64,000 nt of DNA from Ignavibacteria bacterium (GTDB lineage: Bacteria; Bacteroidota; Ignavibacteria; Kapaibacteriales; UBA4661): assembly GCA_947459425.1 (NCBI GenBank), contig CANHDJ010000004.1, positions 26,220-90,219 of the forward strand. The letters run 5' to 3'. The notes below the pieces were generated by a model. The model ran no database searches. It was given only the letters and a program-made list of their open reading frames with translations, and was not told where the DNA came from. A program made the translations under genes and the position numbers. Within the stretch, counting starts at the first letter, position 1, and each line of letters starts with the position of its first letter. This document shows, piece by piece, positions 49,167-58,832 of the stretch.

Positions 49167-49757
49167 ATGAAAACTTTTGTTATTGCCGCACTGATACTGC
49201 TGTGTGCAGTTTCGGCAAAGACATCTGCACAGGAAACCTCCTCGACGACTGCGACTCGCCGCGTTGTTGCCACAAGCACGACTTCTGCAACCCAAAAGGT
49301 CTCCGACGGCGCTGTCAAGGCAAAACCGAGTAAAGCGCTCCGCATTTTTTTTGAATCGCGGAATATTCTTGCTCGTCCCGAAGGCTACGAGACACTGCTG
49401 ACCATTGAAGAAAATGGGGCGGTGTCGTTTCAATTTCATACGGTATCGGGGCGGCGTGATAGTATTTTGACGAAACTCAAACCCAAAGAGCTTCAAGTCC
49501 TGAAAAAAGTGTTGGATTTCCCCAAACTTCTTGCCTCAGAACCCGCGCAACGCCTTGTTTATGCAGATTGGATGCAGAGTTTGACGATCGAGAAGGACGA
49601 AAAAAGCAAAAATATTCGCTTTATGGTGGATGTGCAGAAAAAGACCAAAGAAAATATGGACAATTATATCAAAGAGCAGTTTGGCGAAGAAATGACGCGC
49701 AACGTTTGGCAATTTCTGCAAGTTATACGCACCATCAATGACCGTTTTCGGTTTTGA
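49167..49757 (+). CDS. Hypothetical secreted protein
   Basis: Internal ATG 49167: MKTFVIAALILLCAVSAKTSAQ is signal-peptide-like, followed by an S/T-rich linker. No motif recognised. Confidence 0.5.
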   Translation: MKTFVIAALILLCAVSAKTSAQETSSTTATRRVVATSTTSATQKVSDGAVKAKPSKALRIFFESRNILARPEGYETLLTIEENGAVSFQFHTVSGRRDSILTKLKPKELQVLKKVLDFPKLLASEPAQRLVYADWMQSLTIEKDEKSKNIRFMVDVQKKTKENMDNYIKEQFGEEMTRNVWQFLQVIRTINDRFRF

Positions 49758-49902
49758 GGTGATATTCTTTTCCGAAAGGACTGTCTCAAAAAAAATCGCT
49801 GGTAGATTCTGTAATAATTCGTAACTTCGTAGCTTTGAAAATTTTACACGTCGTTTGTACGTGATTCATTTAACGCCTTTTACCGAAAGATAGCTTTTTG
49901 CT

Positions 49903-50859
49903 ATGGTCGTCTATCATTCCTTCGATGAAGTTCCGCAGAATCAAGCCACTGTGCTGACTATCGGCACCTTTGATGGCTTGCACAAAGGGCATTTATCGCT
50001 TATCAATTTGCTCAAAGAGCGGGCAAAAGCGTTAAACGCCAAAACCTTGCTGCTGACCTTTCATCCGCATCCGCAGATTGTCTTGCAAAAGCCCAACCGC
50101 CCGCCTGTTGAGCTTCTGACGACTATTCGTGAGCGGACGCAGCTTTTGAGCCAACTTGGTATAGACGGCGTATTGGTTATCCCTTTTACCAAAGAGTTCT
50201 CGCAGATAGGCGCAGAGCAGTTTGTTCGGGATTATCTCGTGGCAAAACTCAACATGAAACATATGGTCATCGGCTACGACCACGCCTTTGGTAATAATCG
50301 CCAAGGCACCGAAGATTTGCTCACAACGCTTAGTGGCGAACTCCGCTTTAGCGTTGAAAAAGCGCCGATTATGGATTTGGAAGGCGAAACCATTAGCAGT
50401 ACCAAAGTCCGCAAAGCCATAGCTGCGGGCGACATCGCACGGGCAAATATGCTTTTGGGGTTCCCCTACTTGGTTGGTGGAAAGGTCGTTGAAGGCGACG
50501 GACGCGGTAGAAAACTTGGGCTTCCGACGGCAAATATCGAACCAAGCGAACCGCAAAAACTGCTCCCGAAAAATGGTGTCTATCTCGTCTCTGCTTATAT
50601 TGACGGTAAAAACGTCTATGGTATGGCAAACGTTGGCATTCGTCCAACCTTTACCGACGATATTCATCCGCGCCTCGAAGTTCACTTTTTCGATTGGAAC
50701 AAAATGCTCTATGACCGCGAAATTATGGTCGCTTTTCTGAAATTTATTCGTAATGAGCGTAAATTTGAAAGCACAGGGCTGTTTTTCGAGCAGATTGTCG
50801 CTGACCGCGATGAATGTTCACAAGCTATCGAAAATATCAAACAAGGAAAACCGTTTTAA
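49903..50859 (+). CDS. ribF: Bifunctional riboflavin kinase / FAD synthetase
   Basis: 318 aa. [30 protein letters not shown], and the kinase-end motif RNE.KF. Confidence 0.9.
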   Translation: MVVYHSFDEVPQNQATVLTIGTFDGLHKGHLSLINLLKERAKALNAKTLLLTFHPHPQIVLQKPNRPPVELLTTIRERTQLLSQLGIDGVLVIPFTKEFSQIGAEQFVRDYLVAKLNMKHMVIGYDHAFGNNRQGTEDLLTTLSGELRFSVEKAPIMDLEGETISSTKVRKAIAAGDIARANMLLGFPYLVGGKVVEGDGRGRKLGLPTANIEPSEPQKLLPKNGVYLVSAYIDGKNVYGMANVGIRPTFTDDIHPRLEVHFFDWNKMLYDREIMVAFLKFIRNERKFESTGLFFEQIVADRDECSQAIENIKQGKPF

Positions 50860-50900
50860 TTATCATTTATTACAATACTTTAACTCACATCGGAGACATA

Positions 50901-51167
50901 ATGGTTACTCAAGAACGCAAAGCGGAAATTGTGAAGCAATTCGGCGGCGCATCAGCAAATACCGGCAAGCCGGAAGTACAAGTTGCCTTGCTCACAGAAC
51001 ACATCAACGCACTTGCCGGACACCTCGAAAAACACAAAAAAGACAATCACTCGCGTCGTGGCTTGCTGAAACTGGTTGGTCAGCGTCGCAAAATGCTCAG
51101 TTATTTGCAAGCAAACGATATTACGCGCTATCGCGCTGTCGTTGCTGCACTTTCGCTGCGTAAGTAA
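50901..51167 (+). CDS. rpsO: 30S ribosomal protein S15
   Basis: Internal ATG 50901: [69 protein letters not shown]. Confidence 0.95.
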   Translation: MVTQERKAEIVKQFGGASANTGKPEVQVALLTEHINALAGHLEKHKKDNHSRRGLLKLVGQRRKMLSYLQANDITRYRAVVAALSLRK

Positions 51168-51177
51168 ACAATTTCAA

Positions 51178-51215
51178 ACAAATAGTCCGCCCACAAAGCG
51201 GACTATTTGTTTTTC
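51178..51215 (+). terminator. Rho-independent terminator downstream of rpsO
   Basis: acaaatagtccgc / gcggactatttgt form a 13-bp stem with a 7-nt loop, followed by a T-run (ttttc). Confidence 0.7.
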
Positions 51216-51271
51216 TGATTTGACAAAACCGAATACGCTCAATTCTCCCCCATGTTGTTGCCAGAAACGCC

Positions 51272-51328
51272 CCGCGTTCCGACTGTTTTCCACGAGGGCT
51301 ACTTTTCCAGCCGATAGTCGGTACGCGG
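51272..51328 (+). promoter_or_regulatory. Long-range stem in the pnp 5' leader (candidate processing/autoregulation structure)
   Basis: ccgcgttccgact (51272-51284) pairs with agtcggtacgcgg (51316-51328). That is 13 positions with one T-T mismatch and a roughly 31-nt interior. It lies 59 nt upstream of the pnp ATG. Confidence 0.35.
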
Positions 51329-51386
51329 TTCGTTTTATGTCAAGGCGTGGGGAAATGTCTATTACATTCTTATTTTTCCTTTCGTT

Positions 51387-53723
51387 ATGACAAAACACGT
51401 TGTTTCTATGGAAATGAACGGGGCTACGCTTTCGCTCGAAACAGGGCGGTTTGCGCAGCTTGCTGATGGAGCCGTTATGGTGCGGCATGGCGACACGATG
51501 GTGCTTGTCACCGCTATCGCTGCCAGCAAAGACTCCCCGCTTGATTTCATGCCGCTCACGGTGGAATACCGCGAAAAAACTGCTTCGGCAGGCAAAATTC
51601 CCGGCGGATTTTTGAAGCGCGAAGGTCGTCCTTCTGACCGCGAAATCCTCACCGCCCGCCTTATTGACCGCCCCACACGTCCGATGTTTCCTGAGACCTG
51701 GCGACGCGAAACCCAGATTATTGCTACGGTATTTTCCTACGATTTGCAATACGATAGTGACACTATCGCTATGGTTGCGGCTTCGGCAGCGCTGATGCTT
51801 TCGTCCATTCCCTTCGCGGGTCCTGTTTCCGAAGTGCGCGTTTGCCGCAAAGACGGCGTATTTATCGCCAACCCGACCAAAGCACAGTTGGAAGGCGCAG
51901 AATTGGAAATTGTCCTTGCTGGCACGGATGCTTCTATCGTCATGGTCGAAGGCGAAGCAACCGAAATTTCCGAGCAGGTGTTTATTGACGCACTTGCTTT
52001 TGGGCATGATGCCATCAGACAATTAAACGACTTGCAAAATAAACTCTATGCGCTGACGCACAATGAAAAAGTAGAGTTCACACCTGTCGAGCGCCCGCAA
52101 GAACTCACGGATTTCGTTGAAAAACACGCCCGCGAACTTGTCCGCAAACAAATGCGTGATTTTGCATCCAAAGAAGACCGCACAACACGCCGCAAAGAGC
52201 TTATGACAATGCTCACCGAAAAAGCTGCTGAAGAATTTCCTGAGGAAACCCGTGCAGAGAAGTTTCCGGGCTTCGATGTCGGCAAAGTCTTGGGCGATAT
52301 TGCCAGCGACATTGAGTATTACGAGATGCGCGAGATGATTCTTGCTGACAACAAACGTTTAGACGGACGGACAACCACCGAAATTCGCCCAATCTCGGTC
52401 GAAGTCGGCGTACTTCCTCGCACACACGGTTCGGCGCTCTTCACACGCGGCGAGACCCAAAGTCTTGGCACCGTAACGCTTGGCACAAAGTCTGACGAAC
52501 AGATGATTGACGGGCTGATGCCGAAATACGACAAAAAATTCCTTCTGCATTACAACTTCCCACCATACAGCACCAACGAAGTGAAGCGCATCATGGGAAC
52601 AAGCCGCCGCGAAATCGGACACGGCAATCTCGCGGAGCGCTCTTTCTACTCGCTTTTGCCAAATGAGGACGAGTTCCCGTACACGATTCGCATTGTTTCG
52701 GACGTGCTTATGTCGAATGGTTCGTCCTCCATGGCGACCGTTTGTTCAGGCACACTGGCGATGTTCGATGCCGGAGTGCCGCTTAAAAAGCCGGTGTCGG
52801 GTATTGCGATGGGCTTGATTAAAGAAGGCGACCGCGTGGCGATTTTGAGCGATATTTTGGGTGATGAAGACTTTTTGGGCGATATGGACTTCAAAGTCTG
52901 CGGCACCAAAGACGGCATCACGGCTTGTCAGATGGATATGAAGGTGCAAGGAATCTCGTTTGACGTTATCAAAAAAGCGCTCGAACAAGCAAAAGAAGGA
53001 CGTTTGCACATTCTCTCGAAAATGAATGAAGTCATTTCCGAAGGTCGCCCTGATTTGTCGCCGTACGCACCACGCTTTACGGTGATTGAAATTCCGGTGA
53101 GCGCCATCGGCGCGGTTATTGGTTCAGGCGGCGAGACAATTCGTCAGCTTACCAAAGACACGAACACCGAAATTGAAATCGAAGATGACGGTAAAGTGCG
53201 CATTGCTGCTACATCGCAAGAAGATGCTGACCGAGCAATCGCAGCCATCCGCCAACTTACCCGCAAGCCAGAAGAGGGCGAAGTCTATAATGCGAAAGTC
53301 GTAGAAATCCGCGAAGGCTTGGGCGCAATTATCGAATTCCTACCAAAAACTAAAGGTCTGCTCCACGTCTCGCAAATTGATTACAACCGCGTGGAATATG
53401 TCGGTGATGTGTTCAAAGTTGGTGATCGCGTTGATGTAAAACTCCTCGAAATCCAGCCTGACGGAAAGTTCCGTCTGAGCCGCAAAGTCCTTTTGCCAGC
53501 ACCGGAAGGCTATGTGGAAGAACCACGTCGTGAGCGGAGCGGCGATGGTGGTGGCTATCGTGGCGGTGGCGGTCGTGATGGCGGTGGTTATCGTGGCGGC
53601 GGCGGCGGTCGTGATGGCGGTGGTTATCGTGGCGGCGGCGGTGGTCGTGATGGCGGCGGCGGACGCGATGGCGGCGGCGGTGGTGGTCGTGATGGCGGCG
53701 GCGGCGGCGGGTATCGCCGATAA
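51387..53723 (+). CDS. pnp: Polyribonucleotide nucleotidyltransferase (PNPase) with a C-terminal Gly/Arg-rich extension
   Basis: 778-aa ORF with two RNase PH domains (FTRGETQSLGT; SNGSSSMA), KH (GAVIGSGGETIR) and S1 (GEVYNAKVVEIREGLGAIIEF). These are followed by about 55 aa of (D)GGGYRGGGGGR repeats. Confidence 0.97.
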   Translation: MTKHVVSMEMNGATLSLETGRFAQLADGAVMVRHGDTMVLVTAIAASKDSPLDFMPLTVEYREKTASAGKIPGGFLKREGRPSDREILTARLIDRPTRPMFPETWRRETQIIATVFSYDLQYDSDTIAMVAASAALMLSSIPFAGPVSEVRVCRKDGVFIANPTKAQLEGAELEIVLAGTDASIVMVEGEATEISEQVFIDALAFGHDAIRQLNDLQNKLYALTHNEKVEFTPVERPQELTDFVEKHARELVRKQMRDFASKEDRTTRRKELMTMLTEKAAEEFPEETRAEKFPGFDVGKVLGDIASDIEYYEMREMILADNKRLDGRTTTEIRPISVEVGVLPRTHGSALFTRGETQSLGTVTLGTKSDEQMIDGLMPKYDKKFLLHYNFPPYSTNEVKRIMGTSRREIGHGNLAERSFYSLLPNEDEFPYTIRIVSDVLMSNGSSSMATVCSGTLAMFDAGVPLKKPVSGIAMGLIKEGDRVAILSDILGDEDFLGDMDFKVCGTKDGITACQMDMKVQGISFDVIKKALEQAKEGRLHILSKMNEVISEGRPDLSPYAPRFTVIEIPVSAIGAVIGSGGETIRQLTKDTNTEIEIEDDGKVRIAATSQEDADRAIAAIRQLTRKPEEGEVYNAKVVEIREGLGAIIEFLPKTKGLLHVSQIDYNRVEYVGDVFKVGDRVDVKLLEIQPDGKFRLSRKVLLPAPEGYVEEPRRERSGDGGGYRGGGGRDGGGYRGGGGGRDGGGYRGGGGGRDGGGGRDGGGGGGRDGGGGGGYRR
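53541..53720 (+). repeat. Imperfect in-frame tandem repeats (units of 18-36 nt; two near-identical 36-nt copies of gatggcggtggttatcgtggcggcggcggYggtcgt)
   Basis: Read directly. Codon units are DGGGYRGGGGR, DGGGYRGGGGGR x2, DGGGGR, DGGGGGGR, DGGGGGGYRR. Confidence 0.8.
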
Positions 53724-53754
53724 GCACACGCAGCACACGCGAGAAATTTTCAAT

Positions 53755-53800
53755 AAAAAAACAGGCAGAGCGCTTAGATTGGCGCTCTGCCTGTTTTACT
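53755..53800. terminator. Bidirectional terminator between convergent pnp and ald
   Basis: acaggcagagcgc / gcgctctgcctgt form a 13-bp stem with an 8-nt loop. It is flanked by an A-run upstream and a T-run downstream. Confidence 0.65.
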
Positions 53801-53825
53801 TTCTGCGAGAAGCTCCCTGTGTGGG

Positions 53826-54941
53826 TTACGGAATAAACTTCGTGGACTCTTCCCAAGGCAGACCAAATGCCTCAGCAACCGCACCGTAGGTGATTGTTCC
53901 GTGATAGACATTCAAGCCTAAACGCAATTCTTGGCTTTCGCTAATAGCTTTTTTGTAGCCTTTGTTTGCAAGTTGGAGTGCGTAGGGGAATGTTGCATTA
54001 GTTAGAGCGATGGTCGAAGTGAACGGCACAGCGCCCGGCATATTTGCTACGCAATAGTGGAGCACGCCATCAATCACGTAAGTTGGGTTCTCATGCGTAG
54101 TGGCTTTGCTTGTTTCAAAGCAGCCGCCTTGATCAATCGCCACATCCACCATCACTGCGCCTTCTTTCATGTCTTTGAGCATAGTGCGAGTAATCAATTT
54201 CGGTGCAAGTGCGCCCGGAATCAGTACGCCACCAATAATCAAATCTGCTTCGTGCGAGACTTCGCGTATCGTGGCGGGATTCGACATGAGTGTCACGACA
54301 TTTTTCGGCATGACATCGTCCAAATAGCGCAAACGGTACAGATTGGTGTCCAAAATAAAGACCCGTGCGCCTAAGCCTGCCGCAATTTTCGCTGCATTTG
54401 TGCCAACGATACCACCGCCCAGTACGACCACATTTGCTGGAGGCGTACCTGGAACACCGCCGAGCAAAATTCCCCGTCCGCCCATTGCACGTTCCAAATA
54501 TTTCGAGCCTTCGTGAGCAGCCATGCGCCCTGCAACCTCGCTCATCGGAATCAAGAGCGGAAGCGAACCATCGGCACGTTGTACGGTCTCGTAAGCAATA
54601 CAGATGCTTTTGCTTTTCACCATGGCTTCGGTCAATTCCCTAGCAGCAGCAAAGTGGAAATACGTGAACAAAATCTGCCCTTCACGGATAAGCGCATACT
54701 CCGGCTCTATCGGCTCTTTGACCTTGACAATCATCTCAGATTTGTCGTAAATATCTTTCGCAGTCGGCAGAATTTCCCCACCAACTTTGATGTATGCCTC
54801 GTCGGGAAAACCACTACCTTTGCCGGCATTGGTTTCGATATAAACGGTATGACCATGCTGTTTCAGCACCTCCACACCAGATGGAACAAGACCTACACGA
54901 TTTTCGTAGGATTTTATCTCTTTGGGAACTCCAATAATCAT
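53826..54941 (-). CDS. ald: Alanine dehydrogenase
   Basis: [23 protein letters not shown]...[34 protein letters not shown]. Confidence 0.9.
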   Translation of the reverse strand: MIIGVPKEIKSYENRVGLVPSGVEVLKQHGHTVYIETNAGKGSGFPDEAYIKVGGEILPTAKDIYDKSEMIVKVKEPIEPEYALIREGQILFTYFHFAAARELTEAMVKSKSICIAYETVQRADGSLPLLIPMSEVAGRMAAHEGSKYLERAMGGRGILLGGVPGTPPANVVVLGGGIVGTNAAKIAAGLGARVFILDTNLYRLRYLDDVMPKNVVTLMSNPATIREVSHEADLIIGGVLIPGALAPKLITRTMLKDMKEGAVMVDVAIDQGGCFETSKATTHENPTYVIDGVLHYCVANMPGAVPFTSTIALTNATFPYALQLANKGYKKAISESQELRLGLNVYHGTITYGAVAEAFGLPWEESTKFIP

Positions 54942-55081
54942 AGCGGTTCGAGGAATAAGATTGGTCGGCTGTCAAGAAATGATGAGGATTCGTGCGGCGA
55001 CAACCAAATAACCGCACTGAAAATAACACACAAACGTTTTTTTACTCTTGGAAGATTCTACGAAAAGGGCGTTTGAAAACG

Positions 55082-55630
55082 CTAATTCAGTGACAGGTGT
55101 TCTGGCGTATTGGCAAGGATGTTATATTCGCCGCCCATGCCTTTGACGGTGCGTGTCCAAAGATTTTTTACCGAATCAGGAAAGACAATGCGTTGCGAAG
55201 GGGTCGTTAATAACCACGATTGTTCATTGATTTCTTTTTCTAATTGACCACTGCCCCAGCCAGCATAGCCGATAAAAAAGCGAAAATTCTCTGCCGACGC
55301 TGCTCCGGTAATAATCAAGTTGCGAATCGCATCGAAATCGCCACCCCAATACACGCCGTCCGTGATTTCTGCTGCGCCCGGAATGTGTGTCCCGACATTG
55401 TGAATGCAGTGCAGCGTGTCATTCTGACAAGGACCGCCCCAATACAAGGGCGCATCGAAACCATACAAATCCGGCACAACTTCAGCAAGTGTTGCCGAAA
55501 ACGGGCGATTCAAAACATAGCCCAGCGCTCCGTCGTCTGTATGCTGTGCCAAGAGTACCACCGTCCGCTTAAAATTTGTATCAAGCAGCGTTTGTGAAGC
55601 TAAAAGTACTATGCCGGAATCTGAAGTCAT
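55082..55630 (-). CDS. YqgE/AlgH-family protein (UPF0301)
   Basis: LLDTNFKRTVVLLAQHTDDGALGYVLNRP...GGP...D.L..IH...FFIGYAGWGSGQLE.E. Confidence 0.85.
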   Translation of the reverse strand: MTSDSGIVLLASQTLLDTNFKRTVVLLAQHTDDGALGYVLNRPFSATLAEVVPDLYGFDAPLYWGGPCQNDTLHCIHNVGTHIPGAAEITDGVYWGGDFDAIRNLIITGAASAENFRFFIGYAGWGSGQLEKEINEQSWLLTTPSQRIVFPDSVKNLWTRTVKGMGGEYNILANTPEHLSLN

Positions 55631-55658
55631 ACTGTGAGAATGAATGACGAGTAAACGG

Positions 55659-56987
55659 TTAATTTACCAAAATCGGCAAATCCATGCGGAACATATCCGC
55701 CACGAAAAGTTTGCCGTCCGGATGCTGCTCTACATTGGCTTTCTCGAAGGTTTTCAGGTGGTCGTAGGCGAAACGGAACAGCGATGTTGCTTCGCTATGT
55801 TTGCCCAAACGCCGCAGAAAATACGCAATTTCCAACTTTCCCAAATAATATTCGGGATATGCTGTACCGATTTCTCGAAAAACCTGCTCCGCCGCATCCA
55901 TATTGCCGAGCCGCTCATAGACTTTGCCTAGCATGACCCGGGCGCGTGCGTAGCTTGGTTTTGCACCAATGGCGCGGTTGTACCAGAGGACAGCACGAGT
56001 ATCATCGCCTAATTTTTCTGATGCCGATGCAAGCGCAACCATCGTGGTTTCTTCGTCGGGAAATACCGAAAGTGTTTCCAAGGCAACGTTTCGCACTTGT
56101 TGATAGTCTTTGAGTGTTTGATACATCTGAATTTTCAAAGCGCGGTAGTTGTAGGTGCTTGGCGAAAGGCGAATAAGGCGCTCCAAATAGGGCAAAACCT
56201 CCTTGTGCAGGTCAATCGCCATGCCTTGACCACGCATCCAGTTGAGCGCCCCGCAGTAAGAATCCAGACCAAGGGCGATTTCTTCCTCGTCCAAGCCCCT
56301 GACCGCCTCGCAAAGTAGCGAATAAGCGCGTTCCGGCTCACCTCGCCAGAGCAGCGAGTGACCGAGCGCGAACCGGACGGCAATATCGTCCGATGCCGCT
56401 AAATATGCAATCATTTCGTCAATTTCGGCACTATCTCCGCCTTCCAACATAGACAAATACGAGGCTTTCAGATAATCCGAGTCCGTTTCCTCAATGCCGT
56501 CCACCATAATCCGCTCACCGTCGGCAGCAAAATTTCCCGCAACCTCGCGGAAGTGCGCAAAAGCAAGTGCTAAGTACCATTCGGGATGACCAAGAGGGTC
56601 AATTTGCAAGGCGCGTTCCAATATCACGCGGGCGTGTGACAGACGGGAGCGGCTTTCGAGTTCTATACCGATGCGTCCCAAATGCTCTGCGCTACGTTTG
56701 TCGTTGTTCGGAAGCAGTGTGTATGCGGTTGCCAGAAGTTCGGCAATGGTATGGTGTGCGGCGGAAAAAGTCGTATTCACGTGTTTCGATAAAAATAAAA
56801 AAATTCGCGCAAGTATCTTGGTTGTTGAATAGCTTCTAAACACGCCAAAATACATTTTTTTTGCGAACTTTTTGCCAGACTTTCCAAAAAAGTCTCCCGC
56901 AAAAGCGATAAAAAATGTTGCTGTATCACCGACAAAGGCTTTTTGAATATCGTCATTTTCCAAAGTATTCGTAATTTGCACCAGCAC
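55659..56987 (-). CDS. Tetratricopeptide-repeat protein
   Basis: 442-aa ORF with repeated TPR-like helices (YNRAIGAKPSYARARVMLGKVYERLGNMDAAEQVF...). The first ~70 codons are AT-rich and look non-coding, so the true start may be M45 (56855) or GTG (56780). Confidence 0.6.
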   Translation of the reverse strand: MLVQITNTLENDDIQKAFVGDTATFFIAFAGDFFGKSGKKFAKKMYFGVFRSYSTTKILARIFLFLSKHVNTTFSAAHHTIAELLATAYTLLPNNDKRSAEHLGRIGIELESRSRLSHARVILERALQIDPLGHPEWYLALAFAHFREVAGNFAADGERIMVDGIEETDSDYLKASYLSMLEGGDSAEIDEMIAYLAASDDIAVRFALGHSLLWRGEPERAYSLLCEAVRGLDEEEIALGLDSYCGALNWMRGQGMAIDLHKEVLPYLERLIRLSPSTYNYRALKIQMYQTLKDYQQVRNVALETLSVFPDEETTMVALASASEKLGDDTRAVLWYNRAIGAKPSYARARVMLGKVYERLGNMDAAEQVFREIGTAYPEYYLGKLEIAYFLRRLGKHSEATSLFRFAYDHLKTFEKANVEQHPDGKLFVADMFRMDLPILVN

Positions 56988-57122
56988 AACTCACAATACC
57001 CCCTCACGATTCTTGACGGTCATGGTAACCTCTATCGCCCTCCACTTCTAATTCCTCACACGATTGGCATAACGTTCGCCACGTGATATTTTGCAATACT
57101 TTGATGTACAAGGGAGATTGAT

Positions 57123-57548
57123 ATGACGCACGACGCTCTTTTTCAGGCGGCGAATGTATTCGCTATGCTTGGTTGGCTTTTTCTTGCTGTTTTGCCGCGC
57201 TGGAAGTACACGCGGCGCATTGTTCTGTCCGGCAATGTGTTAGTGCTGGCGCTGACTTACGCATTGCTATTTTTTACCAATTTTGCGACCATCAATGGCG
57301 GTGGCGGAATGTCCATTGCTAATATTTCCACCGCATTTCAAAACCCTATTGTGATGCTGGTTGGCTGGGTGCATTATTTGGCATTCGACTTGTTTATTGG
57401 CGCGTGGGAAGTACAGGATGCCCAAGCAAGCGGCATTTCGCATTGGCTGGTGATTCCATGCCTGTTTGCAACGTTTATGGCGGGTCCCGTGGGATTGCTG
57501 CTGTACGCTGTACTTCGCATGATTCGCACAAAACGGCTTCTTGATTAA
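57123..57548 (+). CDS. DUF4281 (ABA4-like) membrane protein
   Basis: 141 aa, 4 helices. LFQAANVFAMLGWLFLAVLPRW... and GWVHYLAFDLFIGAWEVQD...GPVGLLLY match the ABA4-like pattern. Confidence 0.65.
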   Translation: MTHDALFQAANVFAMLGWLFLAVLPRWKYTRRIVLSGNVLVLALTYALLFFTNFATINGGGGMSIANISTAFQNPIVMLVGWVHYLAFDLFIGAWEVQDAQASGISHWLVIPCLFATFMAGPVGLLLYAVLRMIRTKRLLD

Positions 57549-57710
57549 AGCAGAAGGCTATCGGGAAAAATCTGTATTGACCGAAAGAGTATTTTGCCGA
57601 GCGTATCCAGAATTTTGTGTAATTGCAAAAATCATCAAGGTTTTGTGCGGGGTTAAAATTCATTTGCACAAAATTTTGGATACGTTCATTATGCCCGTTC
57701 CCACCATTAC

Positions 57711-58760
57711 TCAGATCTTGCGCGGCAATGGCGCAAAATACTGCATCGCCGATACGCTCACTTCCGGCAACCCCACGTCTAGTGATTGTCCCACGGGCAG
57801 CAAAGCCTCTCTAAAAATCAGTGCTTTGTCCAGTAGCCCCAAAACCCGCACCGTTTCTTGTACTGCTGTCTCGAAGAGCGTTTGTAAAGTTGCCGTTTGA
57901 GCCTCGCCCGTCACCGGGTGCAGATAGTGAAGCGGTGCATCAACATCTGGCACCGACCATACACTACGCTTGGAGTATCGCAAACCCAGATGAGAATAGG
58001 TCTCGGGAAGCACTTTGCTCAGAATCGGTACGACAAGAGGTTCAATAGCGTCGAAAGCCAAGTTTAACAGCCCACTGCCAAAATACCCGCGCAGACGTGC
58101 AAGCCTGGCATATCCTCGCTCATAGTCCTTACCATGAATATCCATTCCTCCTTTCTCGCGTTGGAACGTTGCCAAATGCTCGACAATAGTTGACAATGCT
58201 TGCTTGCTGTAAGCAATATCACTTTGAAGCCAGAAATCATAAGGCTTTCTTTCTGCACGATGGCAAAAGGCAAGATCTATGGCGGATTCTAAAGCACGAT
58301 GATTGTGCCATGCCGCAAAATGCGTCGCCTCGTCAAGGCAGTTTCCCGAAGCATAGTAAATGTAGGGATGAAAGGCAATATCAGTGCAGATATGACTAAT
58401 TATACCCAGTGTAAAAGCCCATAGTTGTTTGTTGCTTTCCCTTGTTCCCTCCACTGTCTTTATTATTGCTGCGCAGTACCGCAGCAGCGCAAAGGTGTCT
58501 TCGCCATTTGTGCCATGCAGTGCGTTGGCGACTTTGGTACAGCGCCGAATTTCGGATGCGCCTCCTGACCGAGCATAATACAAAACATCATGGAAAATCG
58601 CCCCCAAGCGCACCAGTCCTATATGGAGGGGGAATGAACAGCGCTTCCTTGCTTCTTCCGCGACAAGCCAATGGGTGATTTCTTTGGGCATAATGGTTGG
58701 GGTAAGACGTTTGGATATATTGTCGTCTGACAAGAGCGCGAACGTGGTTTGCACATTCAT
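57711..58760 (-). CDS. Hypothetical protein, zinc-dependent phospholipase C-like (His-rich helical fold)
   Basis: ITHWLVAEEA, FHDVLYY, HICTDIAFHPYIYY and WHNHRALE are His motifs resembling the Zn_dep_PLPC superfamily. The start may be M24. Confidence 0.4.
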   Translation of the reverse strand: MNVQTTFALLSDDNISKRLTPTIMPKEITHWLVAEEARKRCSFPLHIGLVRLGAIFHDVLYYARSGGASEIRRCTKVANALHGTNGEDTFALLRYCAAIIKTVEGTRESNKQLWAFTLGIISHICTDIAFHPYIYYASGNCLDEATHFAAWHNHRALESAIDLAFCHRAERKPYDFWLQSDIAYSKQALSTIVEHLATFQREKGGMDIHGKDYERGYARLARLRGYFGSGLLNLAFDAIEPLVVPILSKVLPETYSHLGLRYSKRSVWSVPDVDAPLHYLHPVTGEAQTATLQTLFETAVQETVRVLGLLDKALIFREALLPVGQSLDVGLPEVSVSAMQYFAPLPRKI

Positions 58761-58832
58761 CGTTGTTTCTTGCTTTTTGTTTGTTGTTCCTTGCTTTTGC
58801 GAACTGCGTTCGCACTCCAGTTTTTACTCAAA

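Noticed and set aside
51174-52022. Minus-strand ORF of 282 aa
   Set aside because: It is antisense to the 5' part of pnp and covers the rpsO terminator and pnp leader. The sequence is Arg/Cys/His-rich and unprotein-like.
53340-53889. ORFs 53340..53753 (-), 53413..53856 (-) and 53512..53889 (+), rich in A/T/H/R or A/V repeats
   Set aside because: They are artefacts of reading the GGC/GGT-rich pnp tail repeats in other frames. They also cross the pnp-ald terminator.
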